From: Candidatus Woesearchaeota archaeon
GTDB lineage: Archaea; Nanobdellota; Nanobdellia; Woesearchaeales; JAGGZC01
Length of the DNA stretch: 26,617 nucleotides
NCBI GenBank assembly: GCA_021162185.1
Contig: JAGGZC010000049.1
Coordinates: forward strand, 1 to 26,617
Reading direction: 5' to 3'
Below, piece after piece: positions 15,850 through 26,000 of this stretch; positions within the stretch are counted from its first letter, which is position 1; each line of letters opens with the position of its first letter. Made by a program: the position numbers and the translations under genes. The notes below the pieces were generated by a model. It did no database searches and had not been told where the DNA came from. It saw only the letters and a list, made by a program, of their open reading frames with translations.

Positions 15850-18226
15850 TCCCAAAGTCTATTACTCTTTCATCTTCTTCTAGTTTTACTACTCTTACTC
15901 CTTTAGCTGTTCTACTCGTAATCCTTATATCTGATGCTTTGAATCTTATTGCTTTTCTATCAGTGACTACTACTATTTCGTCTTCAAGGCTGAGCGGCTG
16001 GACTTTTATTACTTCTCCAACATCCTTCCCTGTTGGAATATTTAATACCCCTAGTGATCCCCTACTAGTAGTTCTATAATCATTAACCCTTGAAATCTTT
16101 CCATATCCCTTGCTAGTAATAGTTAATACATATTCCTCCCTATCAACTGAGTCAATGCTTATTGCTTCATCATCTCTAAGTCTTGCGAGGATTACTCCTC
16201 TAGCATTTCTTCCCATTGGTCTGAGATCTTCTTTCCTGAATAAGACCACTCTGCCTTTCTTTGTGGCTATGAGTATTAATGGCTTTTCTTTTACTATTGC
16301 AACGTCTACTAGTTCATCTTTTTCATCAATATTTATTGCTTTTTTCCCACTACTCCTAGGATTCGAGAATTCTTTTAACTCCACCATTTTTCCTATTCCT
16401 TTCTTTGTTAGGAATACTAGGAATCCTTCAAACATTGGTGTATGAATTATGGAGACTATTCTTTCTCCTTCTCCCAGCTTTAAGATATTTGATATATGCC
16501 TTCCCTTTCCATATCTATTTGTTCTTGGAACAGCATATGCTTTCAACCAATATGCTTTTCCATAATTGCTAAATAATAATAACCAGTCCTTGTTGTTCGT
16601 AATAATTGTTTCTATAGGAGTATCTTCCTTGCTTATTATTAATCCCTTACCACCCCTTTTCTGTTCTTTGAATTCTTCTAGGCTTATGGCTTTTAGGTAA
16701 TTATTCTCAGTCATTATAACAACTATTTCTTCTTCTTTTATAATCTCCTCGAATTCTATATTTGATTCCTCTGTACTTATCTCTGTTCTTCTCCCATCTC
16801 CCAGTTCACGTGCTATTTCTTCTAATTCTTTTTTAACAACTCTTAATATATTCGCCTCACTGCTAAGAATATGTCTTAGCTTCTCTATTTCTTCTCTAAG
16901 CTTTTCAGCTTCTTTTTCTAAGCCTTCCTTCTCCATCGCTGTTAATCTTGAAATCTTCATATCCACTACTGCTTTTGCTTGTTCCTCTGTGATACCTAGT
17001 TCTTCTACTAGTCTTAATATAGCTGTTTTTGTATTCTTACTTGATTTTACGAGTTTTATAACATTGTCAATATTTTCTATTGCTATGAGTAATCCCTCCA
17101 CTATGTGCAATCTCTTAGATGCTTTTTCTAGGAGGAATCTTGTTCTTCTCTCCACTACTAGTTTTCTATGGTCAATAAATCTCTGTAATAACTCTTTTAG
17201 ACTCATCACTCTTGGTTTCTTTCCATCAAGTGCTAGAAGCTTTATATTCACAGCAGTCTCTAATCCAGTATATCTATATAGCTGATTCTTTACTAATTCC
17301 TTGTCAGCATTACTTGTGAGCTCTATTACAATCCTTATCCCCTCCCTATTGGATTCATCTCTTAGATCCTTAACATTGTCAACTCTTCCATTATTCACTG
17401 CTTCTGCTATCTCTCTTACGAGTTGTGCTTTATTTGTAACTGGGGGTAAGTCTACTACTACTAGTTTATTATCCTCTTCTACTATGTGGGCTCTTGCTCT
17501 TATTCTCCCAGATCCATTACTATATATCTCTTTTAAGTTATGAGCCTCGAGAATGATCCCTCCATTTGGGTAATCTGGCCCTTTTATGTATTCCATTATT
17601 TCTTCTATACCCGCGTCTGGCTTGTCTATTAGTAATGTTAATGCCCCTATTACTTCTCTAAGATTATGTGGTGGAATACTGGTAGCCATCCCAACTGCTA
17701 TTCCTGTTGATCCATTGATCAATAAGTTTGGAATCCTTGATGGAAGCACTACTGGTTCTTTACTGGTTGCATCAAAGTTTGCTATGAAGTCAACAGTTTC
17801 TTTTTCAATGTCTTCTAACATTAATTCTCCATACTTGCTCAGCCTTGCCTCTGTATATCTCATTGCTGCAGGGCTATCCCCATCAATACTTCCAAAGTTT
17901 CCCTGCCCATCTACTAGTGGATAACGCATGTTAAAATCTTGAGCCATTCTAGCGAGGGCGTCATAAATAGCTGCATCTCCATGTGGATGATACTTTGCCA
18001 TGGTATTTCCAACAATTGTTGCAGATTTTTTGAAAGGCTTGTTATGTAGTAATCCAAGCTCGAGCATTGTGTAGAGAATTCTTCTTTGGACAGGTTTTAG
18101 TCCATCTCTAACATCTGGCAATGCTCTACCCATTATAACACTCATAGCATAGTCAATATAACTAGACTTCATCTCCTCTTCAATACTTGTAGGAAGGATT
18201 CTTTCTTTTCTATTGTTCTCATCCAT
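15830..18226 (-). CDS. gyrA: DNA gyrase subunit A
   Basis: [30 protein letters not shown] catalytic Tyr, GyrA-box QKRGGKG, beta-pinwheel repeats. Confidence 0.97.
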   Translation of the reverse strand: MDENNRKERILPTSIEEEMKSSYIDYAMSVIMGRALPDVRDGLKPVQRRILYTMLELGLLHNKPFKKSATIVGNTMAKYHPHGDAAIYDALARMAQDFNMRYPLVDGQGNFGSIDGDSPAAMRYTEARLSKYGELMLEDIEKETVDFIANFDATSKEPVVLPSRIPNLLINGSTGIAVGMATSIPPHNLREVIGALTLLIDKPDAGIEEIMEYIKGPDYPNGGIILEAHNLKEIYSNGSGRIRARAHIVEEDNKLVVVDLPPVTNKAQLVREIAEAVNNGRVDNVKDLRDESNREGIRIVIELTSNADKELVKNQLYRYTGLETAVNIKLLALDGKKPRVMSLKELLQRFIDHRKLVVERRTRFLLEKASKRLHIVEGLLIAIENIDNVIKLVKSSKNTKTAILRLVEELGITEEQAKAVVDMKISRLTAMEKEGLEKEAEKLREEIEKLRHILSSEANILRVVKKELEEIARELGDGRRTEISTEESNIEFEEIIKEEEIVVIMTENNYLKAISLEEFKEQKRGGKGLIISKEDTPIETIITNNKDWLLLFSNYGKAYWLKAYAVPRTNRYGKGRHISNILKLGEGERIVSIIHTPMFEGFLVFLTKKGIGKMVELKEFSNPRSSGKKAINIDEKDELVDVAIVKEKPLILIATKKGRVVLFRKEDLRPMGRNARGVILARLRDDEAISIDSVDREEYVLTITSKGYGKISRVNDYRTTSRGSLGVLNIPTGKDVGEVIKVQPLSLEDEIVVVTDRKAIRFKASDIRITSRTAKGVRVVKLEEDERVIDFGIISSNY

Positions 18227-18275
18227 GGAGAGGGGGATTCTTTTTTAGTTATAAATATTTACAAGAAGGAATAAT

Positions 18276-18295
18276 TATTTTCAATATTGAAAATA
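18276..18295. promoter_or_regulatory. Perfect 20-bp palindrome TATTTTCAATATTGAAAATA upstream of gyrA
   Basis: Read directly; about 20 nt upstream of the gyrA TATA-like box; core identical to 4609-4624. Regulatory role is inferred. Confidence 0.45.
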
Positions 18296-18498
18296 TTTAT
18301 CTTGTAAATTATTCCTAATTTGAGACTAGATATTAGTAATAAGTTAAGGCTTTTTCCCAAGGATAGTTATTTTTTGAATCACCCTATACGCTCATTAGAC
18401 CATATTCTTACTAATTATTTCAAGATTGATGAAAACATGGCTGTAAATGTATGGATAGAGTAAAAATCTTTTTAAATTCTTCATTGTTGCACTCCTTC

Positions 18499-19995
18499 AT
18501 GACTTTATTCAAGAATAAATACATAAGAAAGCTTTTAGACCTCTATAGGGATATATGGGCTATTAATTCTGCAGAAGCATTAATGGGTTGGGATCTTGAT
18601 ACATATATGCCTAAATCTGCTCATAGGTATAGAGGCATAGCTCTTGGAAGACTATCAACATTGTCACAAAGATTAATGCTTAGCGAGGAGTTTAGAAAAC
18701 AGTATGATAAAGCAAGAAGAGAAAAGAATCTAACTATAGAAGAGAAAGGCGTTCTAAGAGTCTTGGGGAGAGAGCTTCATTACTATGATTCACTGCCCCC
18801 AAATTTTTTAAGAGAACTTGCAAGAACAACTACTAATGCTAGAAAGTCATGGCTCATAGCAAAGAAGAAAAAGAGATATGAAAAATTTCTTCCAAGTCTG
18901 AAAAAAATAATAGAATTATCAAGGAGGAAGGCAGAATTATTGGGTTATAAAGATAAGCCCTATGATGCGTTACTAGACCTCTATGAAGAAGGGTTGACAA
19001 CTAAGAGGCTTGAACCATTGTTTAGGGATATAAAGCATAACTTGCCAAGAATAGTGAAGAAGATCCTTGTAAAGAGAGTATTTCCAATGAACCATGAGCT
19101 GGAATCAAAGAAATATAACAAGGAGGCAATGGAAAAGCTTTCCAAGGAATTATTAAAAAGGATTGGTTATCCATTTAATCGCGGAAGACTAGATGTTTCA
19201 GCTCACCCATTCACTATTGATATAAGTCCAAATGATGTGCGCATAACTACATGGTATCCGGAAAAGAATTTTAGAGAATCACTACTAGCAACTATCCATG
19301 AGTTTGGACATGCATTATATGAATTACAGATCTCTAAATCTCTCTCAATGACTCCTATAGGGATAGGGGTAAGCCTGGGTATACATGAATCACAATCACG
19401 ATTCTGGGAAAACATAGTGGCTAAAAGTAAGCAGTTCATTGATACTAATCTCTCCTTATTCAAGAAGCATTTATCAATCCTCGATCAATATGATTCCTTT
19501 GAATTATATAGATACTTTAACACTGTTAAGCCTTCTCTGATTAGAGTAAAGGCAGATGAGGTGACATATAATCTACACATACTGATAAGATTTGAAATAG
19601 AAAAAGAAATGATTAATAAGGATATTGATCCAAGAGAACTGCCAGTAATGTGGAATGAGAAAATGGAGAAATATCTAGGTATAACACCTAAGAATGATGC
19701 AGAGGGCATCCTTCAAGATGTACATTGGTCACAGGGAAGCATTGGGTATTTCCCAACCTATACTATTGGAACACTACTAGCAGCACAGATAGCTAGAAAG
19801 ATGGATAGACAAATAAAACTATATAAACGCATAGAGGAGAAGGATTATTCTTCAATAAGGAACTGGCTCAGGGAAAGAATACATAGGTATGGATCCATCT
19901 ACACGCCTGAAAGACTAATAAGGATTGCTATTGGACAATCCTTAGATCCTGAAGTGTTTATGGAGCATATAAGAAGGAAATATCTCTTTGAATAA
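18499..19995 (+). CDS. Carboxypeptidase Taq family (M32) metallopeptidase
   Basis: HEFGH (HEXXH), SAHPF, HESQSRFWEN, IRVKADEVTYNLH, QDVHWS, GYFPTYTIG. TATA TTTTTAAAT about 25 nt upstream favours ATG 18499 (ORF opens at 18451). Confidence 0.95.
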   Translation: MTLFKNKYIRKLLDLYRDIWAINSAEALMGWDLDTYMPKSAHRYRGIALGRLSTLSQRLMLSEEFRKQYDKARREKNLTIEEKGVLRVLGRELHYYDSLPPNFLRELARTTTNARKSWLIAKKKKRYEKFLPSLKKIIELSRRKAELLGYKDKPYDALLDLYEEGLTTKRLEPLFRDIKHNLPRIVKKILVKRVFPMNHELESKKYNKEAMEKLSKELLKRIGYPFNRGRLDVSAHPFTIDISPNDVRITTWYPEKNFRESLLATIHEFGHALYELQISKSLSMTPIGIGVSLGIHESQSRFWENIVAKSKQFIDTNLSLFKKHLSILDQYDSFELYRYFNTVKPSLIRVKADEVTYNLHILIRFEIEKEMINKDIDPRELPVMWNEKMEKYLGITPKNDAEGILQDVHWSQGSIGYFPTYTIGTLLAAQIARKMDRQIKLYKRIEEKDYSSIRNWLRERIHRYGSIYTPERLIRIAIGQSLDPEVFMEHIRRKYLFE

Positions 19996-20052
19996 GAGAA
20001 AAATATTTAAATGCCTATAATAATTCTTTTTAACAGCTAGGGGGTCTGGGGG

Positions 20053-23000
20053 ATGTATAAGAAATATCCAGTATTCATAGCGCTATGTGTAATCATATCC
20101 ATGCTTCTAATTCCAACTAGTCTTAGTGCTAATAATATTACTAATCCTACTAGTAATCTATTAAACATAGTTGTGGATAATGATAGAGAGGAGTTAAGAA
20201 TAAATGTTGATATTGAGGATGAATATATTCTAGAGATCTATGGCCCGAGTGATAATAATCCTAGTACTTATAGGTATTATGGTAGGGGTCCTAACTCTAC
20301 TGTAGTGTTTTATCCCCCTATTAATGGGAACTATACTCTTTCTCTATATAATAGACTACATCAACTAGTTGAAACAAGAAGTATTATCTTTGGGCGAGAA
20401 GAAACCGGGAAAGAAGAAATAATTGGGAGCAAGTTAATCTATACTGATAAAAAAGAATATGTCCTTGGGGATAAGGTAGTAATAACTATTGCTAGTAATC
20501 TTTCTCCTGGAATAGAAGTAGAGATAACTACGAGCGATGCTAGTTATAGATCTATCCCAAACAAGAAAGAATTAATATTCTTTCCCCAGACCCCTGGAGA
20601 TTATAATTTGAGCCTGCTCTACATGGGCAGGCTCATCTCCAGGAATCATTTCAATGTGAAGAATAAACCAGTAGTTCTTCCAAGAAGGATAAGTATTGAG
20701 AGCTCTCCTTTAATAGACATGTTTACTGATAGGATTCTAAATATTTCAAAGCCAGGCATAAAGCATATACCCAGAATAAGGGTTCTAAGCGGGAATAAGA
20801 GTATTGGTGCAATAATAGAGGTGAGGAAGGAGTATTCCTCCCTAGGGATCATTACTAGTGCTATTGGGCAGACATATTCAGATCTAGTGGTAATACCTCT
20901 CGCTTCTAAGAGGCTTTTAAGATTAAACCTTGGAAGAGTATCACAAGACGCTGGAGATATAAACCTGCATGAACTAAGAATAAGCAGAGAGACAATAGAG
21001 AGGATTAAGAGCCAATTCAACTTTGAGGATCCAAGCATAACTATTACTGATGCATTCCTTGTTGATACTACTAATATAGATATGAGGGGGGATGCTATTT
21101 TGGAAAAGATCTCTACTGGAGAGATTGTATTACTATGCAACGATAATCTTTCATGTAGTGATAAGCTCTATGTGAAGCCGGGAGGAAAATATAGTGTGAA
21201 CATTGGCAAGAAAAGAATAGTGATCCTTGAACTAGGAGTAAGCACTATTAACACTGAGCACCCAATATATAGGCCAGGAGAAAAAGTAGTTGGATACATA
21301 ACTGTTCTAGACAAGAATGGATACACTGCTTTTAGTGCAAACGTAACATTAACAATCACTACTCCTAGTAATGAGACAATAGTTAAGACTTATCCAGGAG
21401 AAATAGAGAAGATACAGAGAGGGGTTTATAGGTTTAATTATACTCCTAGCATGACTGGGAAGTATTACTTGCATGTAGATGCTGTTGGTCCAAATGTTTA
21501 CAATAGTATGGATTCATGGTTCTATGTGAATGATTCATTTCCATTTGATATTACGAGGATTGAGCCATTTAGTATTGATCCATGGAGAGGGCCATTTACA
21601 TCTATTATACATGTAAAGCCCTTAATAGATATTGATAGCTATGTCTTGATAGAGAATCTCCCCAAGAGCTTTGAAGTAGTGTCGACAAATGGACATGTAT
21701 ATAAGTATAATGATTCAGTAATAATCACATGGCCACTGAGAGGAGAGTCAAATGTTAGCTATACTGCTCAAGCACCATTAGAGAGTCCGGCTGTTTATAA
21801 ACTAGGAGAAGCAAGGATATTATATCAACTAGATCCGAATAGTGAGGAAGAAATAGTGTTCCAAGAGGCTCGTCCATGGTTATTGGCATTAGATCCAGCT
21901 GCAAAGATTTGTAACGAGAGTCCTTGTATAGTACCATCCTCACTAATCCAGTGTAGGGACAACACTGCTGGAGGCACTGAGCCAAATCAACCAAACACTA
22001 TTGATGCATGCACAGATGGAACAAGCGGGACTTGTCATAGCGATGAAAGCGTTGAAAACATTACTATTGAAAGCCTTAATCATAGCGTGTTTAGAGCTGG
22101 AGACACAGTGAGGGTAAACATAACTGTTTATTGTTGGGATGGGAGTAGTGACAACGTGAATATCGCATATACCAATAACTCTGAGACTCCTTCATGGAGA
22201 GTGGTTGCATATACTGATCCATGCCCAGCAGCAGGGTTTAATACTTTTAGCTATACATTCAAGCTTGACGACGTGGTTGGGAATCATACTATTAGAGGTA
22301 TTATTCAGTATAATGGGGGCACATCCACTACTTGTGGTGGTGGGAGTTATGATGACAATGATGATGTAACAATAGTTGTTTATAGTAAGGATTCTACTCC
22401 TCCAAGCATTGATGATGCAGCATTGAATGCAACAACTATTCCAAAGGGGGGGAGTGTTCGACTAATAACAAATGTGACTGATGATACAGAGGTAAACACT
22501 GTATGGGCGACATTCATGTATCCAAATTGTTCAAAGGTGAATAAAACATTAACACCATGGGGGGATATCCTATATGATTCATCGGGAGATCTAGAACTAG
22601 GAGAGATTGAGAAAAGAGCACAGGGAACTCCAAATGTCTCAATAGAACAAGTGTTTTATGATGACTTTGAGAGTACTGGAACGCTTACTGGTTGGACGAA
22701 GAATCCTAATGATGCAACAAATGATTGGACAGAGGATAGTGGAGCAAACTGTTATGGCGGAACTGGGTATTGTGCATATACTATTGGAGATGGTACGAGT
22801 AATGATGCTAATATTGAGAAGACTCTTGATTTAAGCCAATACACTGAATGTTATCTAAGCTATGCATACAAGTTTAACTCTTTAGAAGCTGCTGATTCCT
22901 TTTATGTTGAATACTATAATGGTAGTTCTACTATCACTCTTGATACTTATGTAAATGGTGATGATGATAATGTCTGGCATACTGTTAGTAACATTAATCT

Positions 23001-26000
23001 AACTCCTTATGGCTTGAGTTCTTTATCAAAAATTATTTTCAGAGAGGCAATGAGTGGTTCGCGTGATTATGCATGGATTGATAATGTAAATATTACTTGT
23101 AAAAATGTGACATATCTGCCAGGAGGAGAGACTGTTACAGAGTGGACTGTTTATAATGATGTGACTGATAGTGATTATGTAAACATAATATCAGTAAACA
23201 TCACGGTTGAGACTAGTTATTATGATCCCTCTGGAAGCGTTGCTAATAATACTGCCTGGCCAGATCTAGAGCTAGAGATGTTTGATGGTTCTAGTTGGAA
23301 TAGTTTAGGTGTGTTTAATCTATCCTCTTTCTATACTTCTAGTAGTCCTAGTAGTGTTAAGCATAACTTTTCCATTGTTACTAGTAATCAAACATTACTA
23401 AAGGAATGGTTGACAGCTACTAATAGGGATATAAGGATTAGGGGGGCACACATGGATTATTATAATGCTACAAGTATTGATATTATTAATTATACGAGTA
23501 TATGGGTAGATATTACTTATACTAATTCTAGTAGTTATAGCTATGAATGGACTGATACACAGCTGACTGGTAGATACTATGTTACTGATATATATGCAAA
23601 TGATACTTCTAGCAATGTTAATCATTCAACTTATAGTGATCTATACTTTGACGTTGTAAACTATGGAGTGCCAGAAATAACTATTCATGATGTTGAAGGA
23701 GACACAACTGAGCCATATACATTTACAAGTCAGACACCAACACTAAACTTTTCTGTAGACGTGGATGCTACTTGTTATGTTAGTATTAATGATTATAGCT
23801 ATTCACAAATGCTCTCTGATCCAGACGCTGTTAATTGTGGTAGCTATATTGCTAACACTCCAAAAACTTGTACCTATACCAACACGCTATCAGTAGGAGA
23901 ACAATACCTATATATTGCTTGTAATAGTACGTTTGGAGTGGAGAATAATGAGTCAAATAATAAGGATGTATCCCTAGACATTCTTTGTGATTCTCATCTA
24001 GACTGTCCGAGCAATCGATACTGTAACTATGCAGGTGATTGCGTCTTGGATGTATTGACTGGTTATAATTGTGAAGGCTTGTCTTATAGTGGTAACCCTG
24101 ACAACGAGGTATGCTTGAGTAACTACTGTGTCCAAGACACCTGGGACTTTGTTGGTTGGTTCTGCGCAGCTGATAGTGATGACTGTGTGCATGATGATAA
24201 TGGTAATAGCTATGATCTAAACTATGCTTTATGTAGTGGGAATGATTATTACAGGGTTTGTAGTGCTGGACACAATTGGAGTGAACCCATTAATTGTTCA
24301 AAGCAATATGATCCTTGGAACCAAAACGCTACGGCTAGTACGCATATAGGGGATTACTGTGGGTATTATGGGGCTGATCAAACCTGTGAGAGTGGAGATC
24401 TAGATCTGGGTAGTTATGGATGTCTTGGCGGAAGCCCTACTGATTGTGGTCCATACATCTATCTTGGTAGTGGTGTTTGTGGATCAACGCTTGATGATTG
24501 TGATGTTGGATGTGGAGCAGAGTGTGATGTTGATAACTCCACGGATCCAGAATTGGTTAATAGTATTTGTTACTATGATAGATCGTGTAGTGCTAGTTGT
24601 CTATGGAGCGAGAAACAAGAAGAAGCACCAGAGTATTGTATAAATGATTATGATGGAGGACCATGTAGCTATACTAATAGGACTGATCCAAGCAATGAGG
24701 ATATATGTTATTGGTCTCCAACCTGTCTAGACGTGATTGGTGCAAACATGACCCAGAGCGCTATTCTTAGGAAGGATTATTGTGACTATTGTACACCTAC
24801 TGGAAATGTTAGTGGCGATTATAGTCCTGCTCCTAATGCTAGTTGTAGTTTTGATTGTCCAAATAGTGGAATAATCTATTATGACTCGGGAGGAACACCT
24901 CTAGATAGGAGTGATGATTGTAATAATGGAGTATCAACAATATTGATGGATACTCTCAGCATGGGTGATGTGTGGAATGGTAGTGGTCCAGCTTATTGTG
25001 ACAATGCGGAGTGTGATCATGATTGTGGCCCATACCTAGTAGGTATATGTATAGGTGGTGCGAGTGGTTATTGTTATTGTAATGATACAGATCCCCCAGA
25101 ATTAAGCATTGTTTATCCTGAAAACAATACATGGCTAAACACTCCTATAGTTGACTTCCAGTACTATGCAAATGATACTGGATCAGGAATAGCTAATTGT
25201 AGTATATATATTAATAATGTCTTGAACCAGACAAATACTAGTATAAACGAGTCTGGCCTGAACCATTTCTATGTAGGATTTACCAATGGAACATATAATT
25301 GGAGTATTAAATGTATTGATAATAGCGATAATCACTTAGTGAATGATTCTGGTAATTACTGGTTAGGTATTGATACTACTAATCCAAGCTTGTGGGATCC
25401 AAATATCAATAATACAAGTTTCAAGGTTAACCAGAAGATATGCCTAAATATTAGTGCGAGTGACACGTATTCAGGTATTAATAGTGTGACAGCAGTTATA
25501 ACTGCTCCTGGATATCCTAATGATATAGTCTCCCTATATGATAATGGACAGGGCTGTGACATAATAGCAGGGGATAATGTTTATAGTTTGGATTATACAA
25601 TCATATATGATGGTACAAATACATGGACAAGGGCTTATACATATGATAGGGCTGGGAATTATTACGAGATTTCTCCTGGGTTAAGTTGGAGTGTTGCGAC
25701 TGGTGGAAGATTGAATACTAGTCTCACAAGCCCAACTAGTGATATAGAGATTAATGAGGAATTGCCGAATAATAGCTTTATATTAAATTGTACAACTACC
25801 TGTATGGAGGGATACGGTACATGTGAAGATGTAAGCATCTATCCACAATACAATTATTCTGGATGGACTGATATAAACACTTCTACTAGCCTATTGAGAT
25901 CAAACATTAATAGTTATAGTTGTGGGAATCTTACTCCTTATGTTGATCCATGGTGGAATACTTCATGGCTATATAGAAGGCCATACACTGTTTATAATCC

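Noticed and set aside
8924-18226. Topoisomerase IV (parC/parE), or inteins in the topoisomerase genes
   Set aside because: An intact GyrA-box (QKRGGKG) indicates gyrase; both subunits have normal length and continuous motifs.
2238-18348. Shared 12-mer GTAATAAGTTAA near 2240 and 18336 as a possible attachment-site duplication
   Set aside because: Short, AT-rich and not bounding any coherent element; likely chance.
1031-19709. Numerous antisense ORFs in the track (e.g. 1668-2060, 5729-6190, 9396-10019, 13616-13885, 16110-16445)
   Set aside because: They are shadows of well-supported genes on the opposite strand, with low-complexity S/F/L/I composition and no RBS or motifs.
20646-25562. Short ORFs listed within the last 6.5 kb
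   Set aside because: All lie inside the giant + strand reading frame.
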